This document shows, piece by piece, positions 25,615-36,828 of a DNA stretch of 64,000 bases. Origin of the DNA: Octopus sinensis (Eukaryota); NCBI RefSeq assembly GCF_006345805.1, contig NC_043022.1:20832001-20896000 (forward strand), written 5' to 3'. A model generated the notes under the pieces. The model was not told where the DNA came from. It made no database searches and saw only the letters and a program-made list of their open reading frames with translations. A program made the translations under genes and the position numbers. Numbering within the stretch: position 1 is the stretch's first letter; the number at the start of each line of letters is the position of its first letter.

Positions 25615-25688
25615 CCTGCTGAAGAAAATCAAACCTTGTGAGTTCTCAATGACTCGCTAAAAGATGATTAGAAACCAATTGGTCCAGG
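25615..25688 (+). ncRNA. Type I hammerhead ribozyme motif
   Basis: CCUG CUGAAGA aAAUCA...UGAUUa GAAAC CAAUUG GUC CAGG; stem I CCUG/CAGG, palindromic stem III, GUC site at 25684. Confidence 0.75.
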
Positions 25689-27986
25689 AAAATAGATGGT
25701 AAATGTTTTTCATTTCCAAATTTATTCCTCTCGAATTTTATCCCGAATTTTTTGTGGTTATAGAACTTAGCTGTTCTTTCTAGCGTGTAGAATCCCTATA
25801 AGTGAATTCTCTATAGTTTCCATCTACCAAATCCACTCACAAGGCTTTGGTCAGCCCAAGGCTATAGTAGAAGACACTTGCCCGAGGTGCCACGCAGTGG
25901 GAATGAACCCGGAACCATGTAGTTGGTAAGCAAGCTACTTACCACACAGCCACTCCTGTGTGGATGAGTCTAGGACATTTAACCCCCCCCCCCATGGACA
26001 ATAACACTTCCCCCCAGGACAATTACCCATGAGGACAACAGATGATGATTTTAAACTTCTTAATATATTGGAGAGTGGGTAATTAACCAAGGGATGTGAT
26101 TGTCCTACTGGGGTAATTGTCCTGATACGGACAATTTGTCTAAATTGCTAGCCACACTATTTGTTCTTGTAACTGCAAAAGATGGTTAATTTAGTTAATT
26201 AATTTCACTAATTAAGTGCAGGAATGGCTATGTGGTAAGTAGCTTGCTTACCAACCACATGGATCTGGGTTCAGTCCCACTGCGTGGCACCTCGGGCAAG
26301 TGTCTTCTACTATAGCCTCGGTCCGACCAAAGCCTTGTGAGTGGAATTGGTAGACGGAAACTGAAAAAAAAAGTCCGTCGTATGAATGTGTATATATATA
26401 TATATGTGTGTCTGTGTTTGTCCCCCCAACATCACTTGACAACCGATGCTGGTGTGTTTACGTCCCCGTAACATAAGCGGTTCGGCAAAAGAGACCAATA
26501 GAATAAGTACTAGGCTTACAAAGAATAAGTTCTGGGGTTGATTTGCTCGACTGAAGGCGGTGCTCCAGCATGGCCACAGTCAAATGACTGAAACAAGTAA
26601 AAGAGTAAAGAGAGAGTAATCAGTAATGGCAGTGTTTTATCAATCAGTCTGTAAAATGGCATCTGTTATTTGGTGTATAAATGTTAGTGACTGCTTTTAA
26701 TTTGATGTATATCTGTTGTCAGTTGGTGCATAGATATGTGCAATTCGTTAAGATTAAACCTGTTTACATGAAAAAGTGTTTCTTAAACAGAGAAATTAAT
26801 ACTGAGATATTCATAATCCCCATTTCTACAATAATACCAGTTAAGTAGATTTGTCTAGTATCGACAGCTAGGTAACTAGTTGGCAAGTGTGTTGTCGTTA
26901 ATCCTGGTTCATTATTAGTGCAAGATATTTTAAACGTCTGTCTAATTATTGTTTTGATATTACTGTTAATATTATTAAAGTGGCAATCTGGCAGAATTGT
27001 TAGCATGCTGGGCAGAATGCTTAGTGGCATTTGGTTTTCATGTTCCGAGTTCAAATTCCATCGAGGTCAACTTTGCTGTTCATTTTTCTGGGGTCGATAA
27101 ACTAAGTACCAGTTGAACACTGGGGTTGATTATATTGATTTACCCCCTCCCACAAAATTGCTGGTCTTGTGCCAAAATTTGAAACCAGTATTGTGAATTG
27201 GCAAGCTGGCAGAACTGTTAGCATGCTGAGCAAAATGCTTTAGTAGCATTTCGTCTGTCTTAATGTTCTGAGTTCAATTCCTGCCCAGGTCGACTTTGCT
27301 TTTCATCCTTCTGGGGTCAATAAAATAAGTACCAGTTGAACACCGGGGTCGGTTGCATCAACTTACCCCCTCCCCCGAAATTACTGGCCTTGTGCCAAAA
27401 TTTGAAACCAGTATTAAATAAGTACTGAAAGTGGCATGCTGGCAGAATCATTAGCACGCAAGGAAAAATGCTTAGTGGAATATCATCCATGTCTACATTC
27501 TGAGTTCAAATTCTGCTGAGGTCAGATTTGCCTTTCACCTAATGCCAACCACCTGTGAAGTGGTTGGCATTAGGAAGGGCATCCAGCCGCAAAAACCATG
27601 CCGAAACAGACATGGAGTCTAAACTGCCCACTGAGGTCTACTTGTCCTTTCATCCTTTTGGGGCAATAAAATAAAGAACCAGTCTTGTACTGGTGGTCAT
27701 TGGTCCTGACTACCCCCCCCCCTATCCTACCCCACTCAAATTTCAGGCTTTGTGCCAGCTGGCAGAATCATTAGCATGCTGGGTAGTGGCGTTTTGTCTG
27801 TCTTTTCATTCTGGGTTCAAATTCAGCCAAGGTCGACTTTACCTTTCATCCTTTCGGAGTCAATTAAGTACCAGTGGAGTACTGGGGTCAATACAATCAA
27901 ATTAACCCCTCTCCCCAAAATTTCAGGCCTTGTGCCTATAATATAAAGATTTATTATTATTATTATTATTGCTATTATTACTACTA

Positions 27987-28260
27987 CTAGCTGGCCCCGT
28001 GCTGTCAAAAATGATGGCTAATAGTATTTTATGAATGTGGATGGTAAATCAAATTAATACACTTGTCAATGTTATGTGGTGGTTGTCTTTTGAGATGTGA
28101 CTATGATCTTTGTTTGTTACTGAAAAAACACTGGTTCACATATACGTTCACATACTTCCTTGTACACGCACACACATATACACATATACTCCCACAGAGT
28201 TGAAACGCTGTTTGATTTTTCTTTTCAGTGTTGAATGTTCACCATCCCACTTCCATTGTG

Positions 28261-28293
<33 letters not shown>

Positions 28294-28454
28294 GCATTCA
28301 CATTTACATACCTCCCATTTCCATACACACACATATACTCACACAGAGTTGAAATGCTCCCACTACCAGTTTCCCATCACCCCTTCCTTCCTTATTCATC
28401 TATCATCCATATGTTGTGACAGAGAAAAAAACACAAGAGTATTATTATAGTAGA
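27987..28454 (-). mobile_element. Non-autonomous Helitron (second family)
   Basis: Minus strand: A|TCTACTATAATAA 5' end and CTAG|T 3' end preceded by a GC-rich imperfect hairpin; internal (CA)n. Confidence 0.6.
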
Positions 28455-29075
28455 TTATTATTAGGCAACATGCTGGTAGAATCATTAGCATGTTGGACAA
28501 AATGCTGAGCAGCATTTCTCTTAGTTTTAGGTTCTGAGTTCAAATTCCATGGTGGTTCTTTGCCTCACCCTCTCAGGGTCAATAAAATAAGTGCCAGTTA
28601 AATACTTGGGTCAAGGAAATTGACCAGCCCCATCTCAATAAAGATTTCAGGCTTTGTGCCTGTCGTAGGAAGGATTGCTTTGATATCACAAGACTTAGTA
28701 TTCATTTGTTTTATCACAACAGTGATCATTGTTTGCGAGATCACAACATGGGTCATTGTTTGTCATACCACAATACCAAGCATTATTTAAGATATCACAA
28801 TGATACTAAAGAACAGACATCACTTATGGCCACTTCAGTCTGTAAGTTTAGCAAGCCCTTGCCAGCATGGAAAAAGGATGTTAAATGATGGTTGATGATG
28901 CGTAGGAGTGGCTGTGTGGTAAGTAGCTTGCTTACGAACCACATAGTTTCGGGTTCAGTCCCACTGCGTCGCACCTTGGGCAAGTGTCTTCTACTATAGC
29001 CTCGGGCCGACCAAAACCTTGTGAGTGGATTTGGTAGACGGAAACTGAAAGAAGCCCGTCATATATAAGTATATA

Positions 29076-29108
<33 letters not shown>

Positions 29109-30542
29109 CAGACTGACTGGCTTCTGTGCCGGTGGCACATAAAAAGCACCGTCCGAGCGCTGGCTCCAGTGCCAGTGGCACATAAAAAGCACCATCCGAA
29201 CGTGGCCGTTGCCAGCGCCGCCTTGGCTGGCTTCCGTGCCGGTGGCACGTTAAAAGCTCCAACCGATCGTGGCCGATGCCAGACTCCCCTGGCACCTGTG
29301 CAGGTGGCACGTAAAAAGCACCCACTACACTCGCAGAGTGGTTGGCGTTAGGAAGGGCATCCAGCTGTAGAAACTGCCAGACCAGACTGGAGCCTGGTGC
29401 AGCCCCTGGCTTCCCAGACCCCTGTCGAACCGTCCAACCCATGCTAGCGCGGAAAACGGACGTTAAACGATAATGATGATGATGATACAGATTAAGACCC
29501 ATATAGCCCATAAGCACTTAAAAGATTTTGGTGTCCCCATGAGCAAGACACTTTATTTCATGTTGCTCCAGTTCACTCGGCTGTAAAGATGAGTTGTGAC
29601 ATCACTGGTGCCAAGCTGTATCGGCCCCTTTGCCTTTTCTTTGGACAGCATCAATGGTATTGCGAGGGGAGGCTGGTATGCATGGGTGACTGCTGGTCTT
29701 CCATAAACAACTTTGCCCAGACTTGTGTTTCGGAGGGTTACTTTCTATGTGCCATCCCATAGTCATTCGTTACTGAAGGGAGTTTTTACTGTTATATACA
29801 TATGTAATTCAAAATACAAACAATAAAACAAAATAAATTTTTATTTTTCAAAATGAAGCAAAACTAACATCAGGATGGAGAATAGTTAAGATGGTGAGCT
29901 GGCAGAAACGTTAGCACGCCAGACGAAATGCTCAGCAGTATTTTGTCTGCCGCTACATTCTATGTTCAAATTCTGCCGAGGTCGATTAGCCTTTCATCCT
30001 TTTTGGGGTCGATTAAATAAGTACCAGTTGCACACTGGAGTCAATATAATCAACTTAATCCCTTTGTCTGTCCTTGTTTGTCCCCTCTATGTAAAAAAAC
30101 ATGGCCTAGTGGTTAGAGCAGTGGACTTGCAGTTGAGGAATTGCGGGTTCTAATCTCAGACTGGGCGATGTGTGTGTTTCTGAGCGAAACACCTAAGCTT
30201 CACATGAAAAAAGAAATGGCAGCAAGCTGGCAGAAACGTTAGCACACTGGTGAAATGCTTAGCAGTATTTCGTCTGCTGTTATGTTCTGAGTTCAAATTC
30301 CGCCGAGGTCGTCTTTGCCTTTCATCCTTTCATGGTCGATAAATTAAGTACCAGTTCTGCACTGGGGTCGATGTAATCGACTTAATCCCTTTGTCTGTCC
30401 TTGTTTGTCCCCTCTATGTAAAAAAAAAATGTGGAGGCACATGGCCTAGTGGTTAGAGCAGAGGGATTGCGGGTTCTAATATCAGACCTGGCGATGTGTG
30501 TGTTTATGAGCAAAACACCTAAGCTTCACACGGAAAAAGAAA

Positions 30543-30773
30543 AGGCGGCGAGCTGGCAGAAACTTTAGCACACCGGTGAAATGCTTAGCAGTATTTCATC
30601 TGCCGTTATGTTCTGAGTTCAAATTCCGCTGAGGTCGACTTAGCCTTTTATCCTTTCGGGTTCGATAAATTAAGTACCAGTTCTGCACTGGGGTCGATGT
30701 AATCGACTTAATCCCTTTGTCTGTCCTTGTTTGTCCCCTCTATGTTTAGCCCCTTGTGGGCAATAAAGAAATA
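30543..30773 (+). mobile_element. tRNA-derived SINE family B (Nin-domain-like core)
   Basis: GGCGAGCTGGCAGAA...GAGTTCAAATTCC...GCCTTTCATCCTTTCGGGGTCGATAAA..AGTACC consensus; many copies (3648, 15386, 18450, 26985-27940 cluster, 35115, 41005, 44800; minus 51695, 54150-54530, 60205). Confidence 0.8.
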
Positions 30774-30822
30774 AGATGGAGAATAGTGTTTATTTTTGTA
30801 TACTTCCACAAAAGACAAAAGG

Positions 30823-31640
30823 TAGGGCCGGATTAAGACCCATAGAGGTTCTAAGCACTTAAAAGGCTTTGGTTCCCCCTTTGTATATGTAACTCATAAT
30901 ATAAACAATAATAAAACAAAATAAATTTTTCTTTTTTTTTAAATGAAACAAAACTAACAATAAGATGGAAAAAGATGTTTATGTTTGTATATTTCCACTT
31001 TATTTATAGTTACTCTCTCTCTTTTTTTACTCTTCTTACTTGTTTCAGTCATTTGACTACGGCCATGCTGGAGCACCACCTTTAGTCGAGCAAATCAACC
31101 CCGGGACTTATTCTTTGTAAGCCCAGTACTTATTCTATCGGTCTCTTTTGCCGAACCGCTAAGTGACGGGGGACGTAAACACACCAGCATCGGTTGCCAA
31201 GCAATGCTAGGGGTACAAACACACACACACACACACATATATATACATATATACGACAGGCTTCTTTCAGTTTCCGTCTACCAAATCCACTCACAAGGCA
31301 TTGGTCGGCCTGGGGCTATAGCAGAAGACACTTGCCCAAGGTGCCACGCAGTGGGACTGAACCCGGAACCATGTGGTTGGTTAGCAAGCTACTTACCACA
31401 CAGCCACTCAAAGTTTTTTCCTACTTTTTTTATAGCAAAGTCTTTGATCAGATCCCCACCATGACACCATGAACACTTGGAAATTATATTTCTGATCATA
31501 TAAACCACTTTGAATATGATTTTAGCAAGTTTGAAGTAATTTATTTTGTGCTGTGGACCATTTACCATTTCTGTGTTGCCCTCACTTCCATTGATGCCCT
31601 AAGCACATGCTTATTTTTCTTAATGGTTAATCCAGCTCTG
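30823..31640. mobile_element. hAT-like MITE interrupted by a SINE
   Basis: Ends TAGGGCCGGATTAA / TTAATCCAGCTCTG; SINE at ~31015-31410; partial copy from ~29490. Confidence 0.55.
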
Positions 31641-32173
31641 GTATATAAAGGAAAAAGTTCCTTCCTTAGACGTACCAACACATAAGGGCCAGTTTTCCCG
31701 GCGTTTATGTTCCCCACCTGGACAGGACGCCGGTCTATTGCAGGATTACTCATTTTTGCCAGCTGAGTGGACTGGAGTAATATAAAATGAAATATTTTTC
31801 TCGAGAACACACATTGCCTGGTCCAGGAATTGAAACCACAATCTTATGATCATAAGTCTAACCCTTTAACCACTAAGCCATGCACTTCCACACACTCTCT
31901 CTCTCTCTGACCTCGTGTGTACCGTTGGCGATTTTTTTTTTCCTCTGTCTTCCCTTCTCTGGATCTTTCCTTTATCCTATGTTTCCGACAAAGAGCTCCG
32001 CTCAAAACATTAAACTCTCCTTTCCTTCTTTCCTGAGCATCCAATAATATTATATTTGTTCCACGTCCTCGTGTTGTTGTGTTTTTTTGTGCTTTCTTGT
32101 TTGGATTAACTATATATATATGTATATAATATATATATATATATATATATCTATATATTTGTGTATATATATA

Positions 32174-32229
<56 letters not shown>

Positions 32230-32500
32230 TCTTTGTTTATTTCAAAATGTAGCTATATGTGGATAATTGGCAATTTTTCCCCTCTTTCTTCTTTTTCTTT
32301 TGGACTTTCCTCTGTCTCCTTTCTGAAGAAGAGCTTTGCTCAAAACGTAAAACTACCTTTCTTTCCTTCCCTGAGTGTCTATTAATACTTTGCATGTACC
32401 TCATCCTCACATAGTTTTTTCCTTGTTTTTTTTTATTGATTAATTATATAATCACCTGTTTTATTATCTATTAACCCCTTTTTTTTTTTTTCCGTTTCAG

Positions 32501-32728
32501 GATCAGCTCCTGTGATTGATTTTGGCAGTATCCAGATCCCTGGCGTTGGCCCTTTGCCCCAAGCATCTATTGGGGGACAGTCAACCAGCCAAGGTCATGG
32601 AGGTGGAGCAAGTTTCATGGATGATCCCAAAGTTGTGAGAGATATGTTCCTCAATAACCCACACGAACTGGCTCTGTTGAAGGAAAGAAACCCTCCTTTA
32701 GCTGAAGCTTTGGTTAGCGGAAGTTTAG
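32501..32728 (+). CDS. DDI2: DDI exon 2: IDFGSIQIP motif and start of helical domain
   Basis: Polypyrimidine tract + tttcag| acceptor; DDPKVVRDMFLNNPHELALLKERNPPLAEAL; donor TAG|gtatgg. Confidence 0.93.
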
Positions 32729-33235
32729 GTATGGAGACCATTTCTCATTGAATTTACTTAATGTTTTCCTGCTCCAACTCTTCAGCATATCTATATTCAT
32801 CATCATCATTATCATCATCATCGTTTAATGTCTGCTTTCCATGCTAGCATTGCTTGGATGGTTCAACTGGGGTCTGGGAAGCCAGAAGGCTGCACCAGGC
32901 CCAGTCTGATCTGGCAGTGTTTCTACAGCTGGATGCCCTTCCTAACGCCAACCACTCCGTGAGTGTAGTGGGTGCTTTTTACGTGCCAGACGAGGCTGGC
33001 AATGGCCACGATCGGATGGTGCTTATAACGTGCCACCGGCACGGAGGCCAGTCGGGGCGGCACTGGCAATGGCCATGTTCGGATGGTTCTCTTACATGCC
33101 ACCAGCACTGGTATCACAACTACAATTTCCATTGATATTATACATAGCAATATTGTAGACTAAATCTATATTGTGGTTGGTCCACATTACTCCATAAGGA
33201 ACATAGGGTTGGTTTCCTGGTCCCTCTGATGTATA

Positions 33236-33456
33236 CAAAGGGATGCTGAAAAGTTCCTGGCTGTAAGGGTATTGTGAAAATCCTGGTTAAAGACCCGATC
33301 TCCTGAGTTCTTTTACAGTGCTTAGAAAAACTGAAGGACTGCCGCAATAAGTGTGTGAATCTGAGTGGGGCAGTATCCTGCATAAAACCATAATTAACTG
33401 ATCCTCCTGTATTTTCTTTTTGTACCCAAAGCCTGGAACTTTTCAGTACCCCATCG
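33236..33456. mobile_element. Tc1/mariner-type MITE
   Basis: TA|CAAAGGGATGCTGAAAAGTTCC...GGAACTTTTCAGTACCCCATCG|TA; interrupts a SINE whose neighbouring duplicate (~33665-33940) is uninterrupted. Confidence 0.7.
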
Positions 33457-36379
33457 TATGTACTCCTCCTTGGACAGGACACTGGTCTGTCTTAGGAATA
33501 CTCATTTTTACCGGCTGAATGGATTGGAGCAATGTGAAATAAAGTGTTTTGCTCAAGAACACAATGCATTGCCTGGTCCTGGGAATCAAAACCACAATCT
33601 TACTATCAGGAGTCCAACACCTTAGCCATTAAGCCATCCATCTCCACCATATTTGTATTATACATGACAATATTGTAGAGTATATCTCTGTTGTGGTTCG
33701 TTCTCATTAATCCGTAAGGAGCATAAGGCTGGTTTCCTGATGTCTCTGATGTGGATATATTCCTCCTTGGATAGGGCGCCAGTCCATCACAGGGTCACTC
33801 ATTTACAGCTGAGTGAACTGGAGTCATGTGAAATGAAGTGTTTTGCTCAAGAACACAACATATCACTCAGTCTGGGAATTGAAATCATAATCTTACAATC
33901 ATGAGTCCAGTACCCTAACCATTAAGCCACGTATCTCTGCTTTTTTGTCTCATAGATGTGCTTCATGAAGCCTGGCTCAGGGTTAAACAAGAAGAACAAC
34001 AACAACAATGTTAGCTCCCCACCACCACCTCCATCTTCATTATTATTATCACTTACCATCATGCACATCGCAACCTATCCATTCCCCAATACTCAGAACC
34101 CCTACCCAAATCCTATTACCCACCCACTACTAGTAGTACCATCATGACCACATTCACTACAGTTTTGCCATCACCACAATCCTGAGTCCATCTGGAGTTC
34201 ATCTGGAGCAAAAACTCCAGACAAAATGCCTTGCAGTTCTCATTTGACCTCTTTATACACACTGGAGTTCAAATCCCAAGAAGGTCTACTTTGCATTTCA
34301 TCCTTTCGGGATCTATATAACACCATTCAAGTACTGGGGTCAGTTTCATTGACTAACCACTTGCCCCAATATTTCACGTAAAAAGCTTCCAGTCCACACT
34401 GTAAAGTGGTTGGCACTTGGAAGGGCATCCAGCTGTGAAAACCATGCCAGAACTGACCTCACCTGTGCTGGTGCCATGCAAAAAACAATCAGCCCACTCT
34501 GTGGGATGATTGGTGTTAGGAAAGGTATCCAGTTGTAAAAACCATTCCAAAACAGACGCAGTAGCCTGGGGTAGTCTTCTACCTGGCCGGCTCCTGTCAA
34601 ACCATCCAACCCATGCCTGCATGGAAGGCGGACATTAAACGATGATGATGATGATGAGAGTAACATTAGAAACAATTATTATTATTTGACAAGCAGGAGT
34701 GGCTGTGTGGTAAGTAGCTTGCTTACAAACCACATGGTTCCGGGTTCAGTCCCACTGCGTGGCACCTTGGGCAAGTGTCTTCTACTATAGCCTCGGGCTG
34801 ACCAAAGACTTGTGAGTGGATTTGGTAGACGGAAACTGAAAGAAGCCCGTCGTATATATGTATATATATGTGTGTCTGTGTGCATTTGTTTGTGTGTCTG
34901 TGTTTGTCCCCCTAGCATCGCATGACAACCGATGCTGGTGTATTTATGTCCCCGTCACTTAGCGGTTTGGCAAAATAGACCTATAGAATAAGTACTGGGC
35001 TTACAAAGAATAAGTCCCGGGGTCAAGTTGCTCGATTTAAGGTGGTGCTCCAGCATGGCCGCAGTCAAATGACTGAAACAAGTAAAAGAGTAAAGAGAGA
35101 GTAAGCTGGTTAGGCAACGAGCTGGCAGAATCATCAGCACGCCGGGCAAAATGCTTAGCGGTATTTCGTCTGAGTTCAAATTCCGCCGAGGTCGACTTTG
35201 CCTTTCATCCTTTCGGGGTCGATAAATTAAGTACCAGTTTCGCACTGGGGTCGATGTAATCGACTTAATCTCTTTGTCTGTTCTTGTTTGTCCCCTCTAT
35301 GTTTAGCCCCTTGTGTGCAGTAAAGAAATAATAATCATTAGCACACCGGGCAAAATGCTTAGTGGTATTTCATCTGCCAGGGCCAACTTTGCCTTTCATC
35401 CTTTCGGGGTCGATTAAATAAGTACCAGTTGTGCACTGGGGTTGATGTAATCGACTTAATCCCTTCCTCCAAATTTGAGGGCTTGTGCTTCCAGCAGAAA
35501 AGATTATTTGACAAGCTAGTAGAATCATTAAGCAAATAAGGCCAAATGCTTAGTGAAATTTCTTCCAGTTTTACATTCTGAGTTCAAATACTGCTGTCAC
35601 CTACTTTGTCTTTTTAGGTTGGCGTACTGGGGTTGATGTTATCAACTAGCCACCTCTCTTCAATTTTCAGGCCTTCAGCTTATAGTAGAAAGGATTATTG
35701 CAGTGCCCCAGTATGACAGTCTAATGACTGAAACGGGTAAAAGAAAAGACATGAAGTTTTAGGTTGTCTCCCCTGCCTTCCTTGTCTTGCAATGTCTCTC
35801 TTACTCTTTTCAGTCAGTTGACTACGGCCATGCTGGAGCACAGCCTTTAGTCGAGTAAATCGACCCCAGGACTTATTTTTTGGAAGCCTAGTACTTATTC
35901 TATTGGTCTCTTTTTCCGAACCACTAAGTTACGGGGACATGAACACACCACCATTTGCTGTCAAGCGATTTTGCGGGGACGAACACAGACACACAAACAT
36001 ATACACACGCATACATATATATATACATATATACGACGGGCTTCTTTCAGTTTCCGTCTACCAAATCCACTCATAAGGCTTTGGTTGGCCCGAGGCTATA
36101 GTAGAAGACACTTGTGCAAGTTGCCATGCAGTGGGAATGAACCCGGAACCATGTGGTTGGTAAGCAAGCTACTTACCACACAGCAACTCTTTCTCTGTAG
36201 AAGACAAAATTTTAATTTCGTTTGGGGATTTGGTTTGCAAGATTCTTTATGTGAGTTCGTGTGTTGAAGCATATTCTGTTGTGTCTGGGGAGAGTCATGT
36301 TCTTTTTATGCCTGATAATGTAACTCACTCACTGGTAAAATTTCCATGTATTTCTCATTTCATTGTTCTTGATTTGCAG

Positions 36380-36506
36380 AGAAATTTTCTGAAGTGTTTC
36401 GCCAACAACAGAGTGAAAGAATGGAAAAGGCCCAAGAACGCATGCGTCTTATGTCAGCTAACCCTTTTAGCCCCGAAGTTCAGAAAATGATAGCTGAAGA
36501 AATTCG
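36380..36506 (+). CDS. DDI2: DDI exon 3: helical domain
   Basis: ttgcag| KFSEVFRQQQSERMEKAQERMRLMSANPFSPEVQKMIAEEIR |gtaagt; absent from the ORF track in this frame. Confidence 0.92.
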
Positions 36507-36526
36507 GTAAGTAAAGGATTTCTAGG

Positions 36527-36828
36527 GAGGCACATGGCCTAGTGGTTAGAGCAGCGGACTCGTGGTCGAAGGATCATGGGTTCGAATCTCAGACCGGGCA
36601 ATGTGTGTGTTTATGAGCAAAACACCTAAGCTCCACGTGGCTCCGGCAGAAGGTAATGGCAAACTTCTGCTGACTCTTTCGCCACAACTTTCTCTCACTC
36701 TTTCCTCCTGCATCTTGCAGCTCACCTGTGACGGACTGGCGTCTCATCCAGCTGGCGAACCTATACGCCAAAGAAACCGGGAAACCGGCCCTGATGAGCC
36801 AGGTGTGGCTCAAGAAGGAACAAACAAA
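36527..36828 (+). mobile_element. tRNA-derived SINE family C (V-domain-like)
   Basis: GGCCTAGTGGTTAGAG...GGTTCGAATC head and GACGGACTGGCGTC..TCCAG core; reverse copy at ~56045-56340. Confidence 0.75.
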
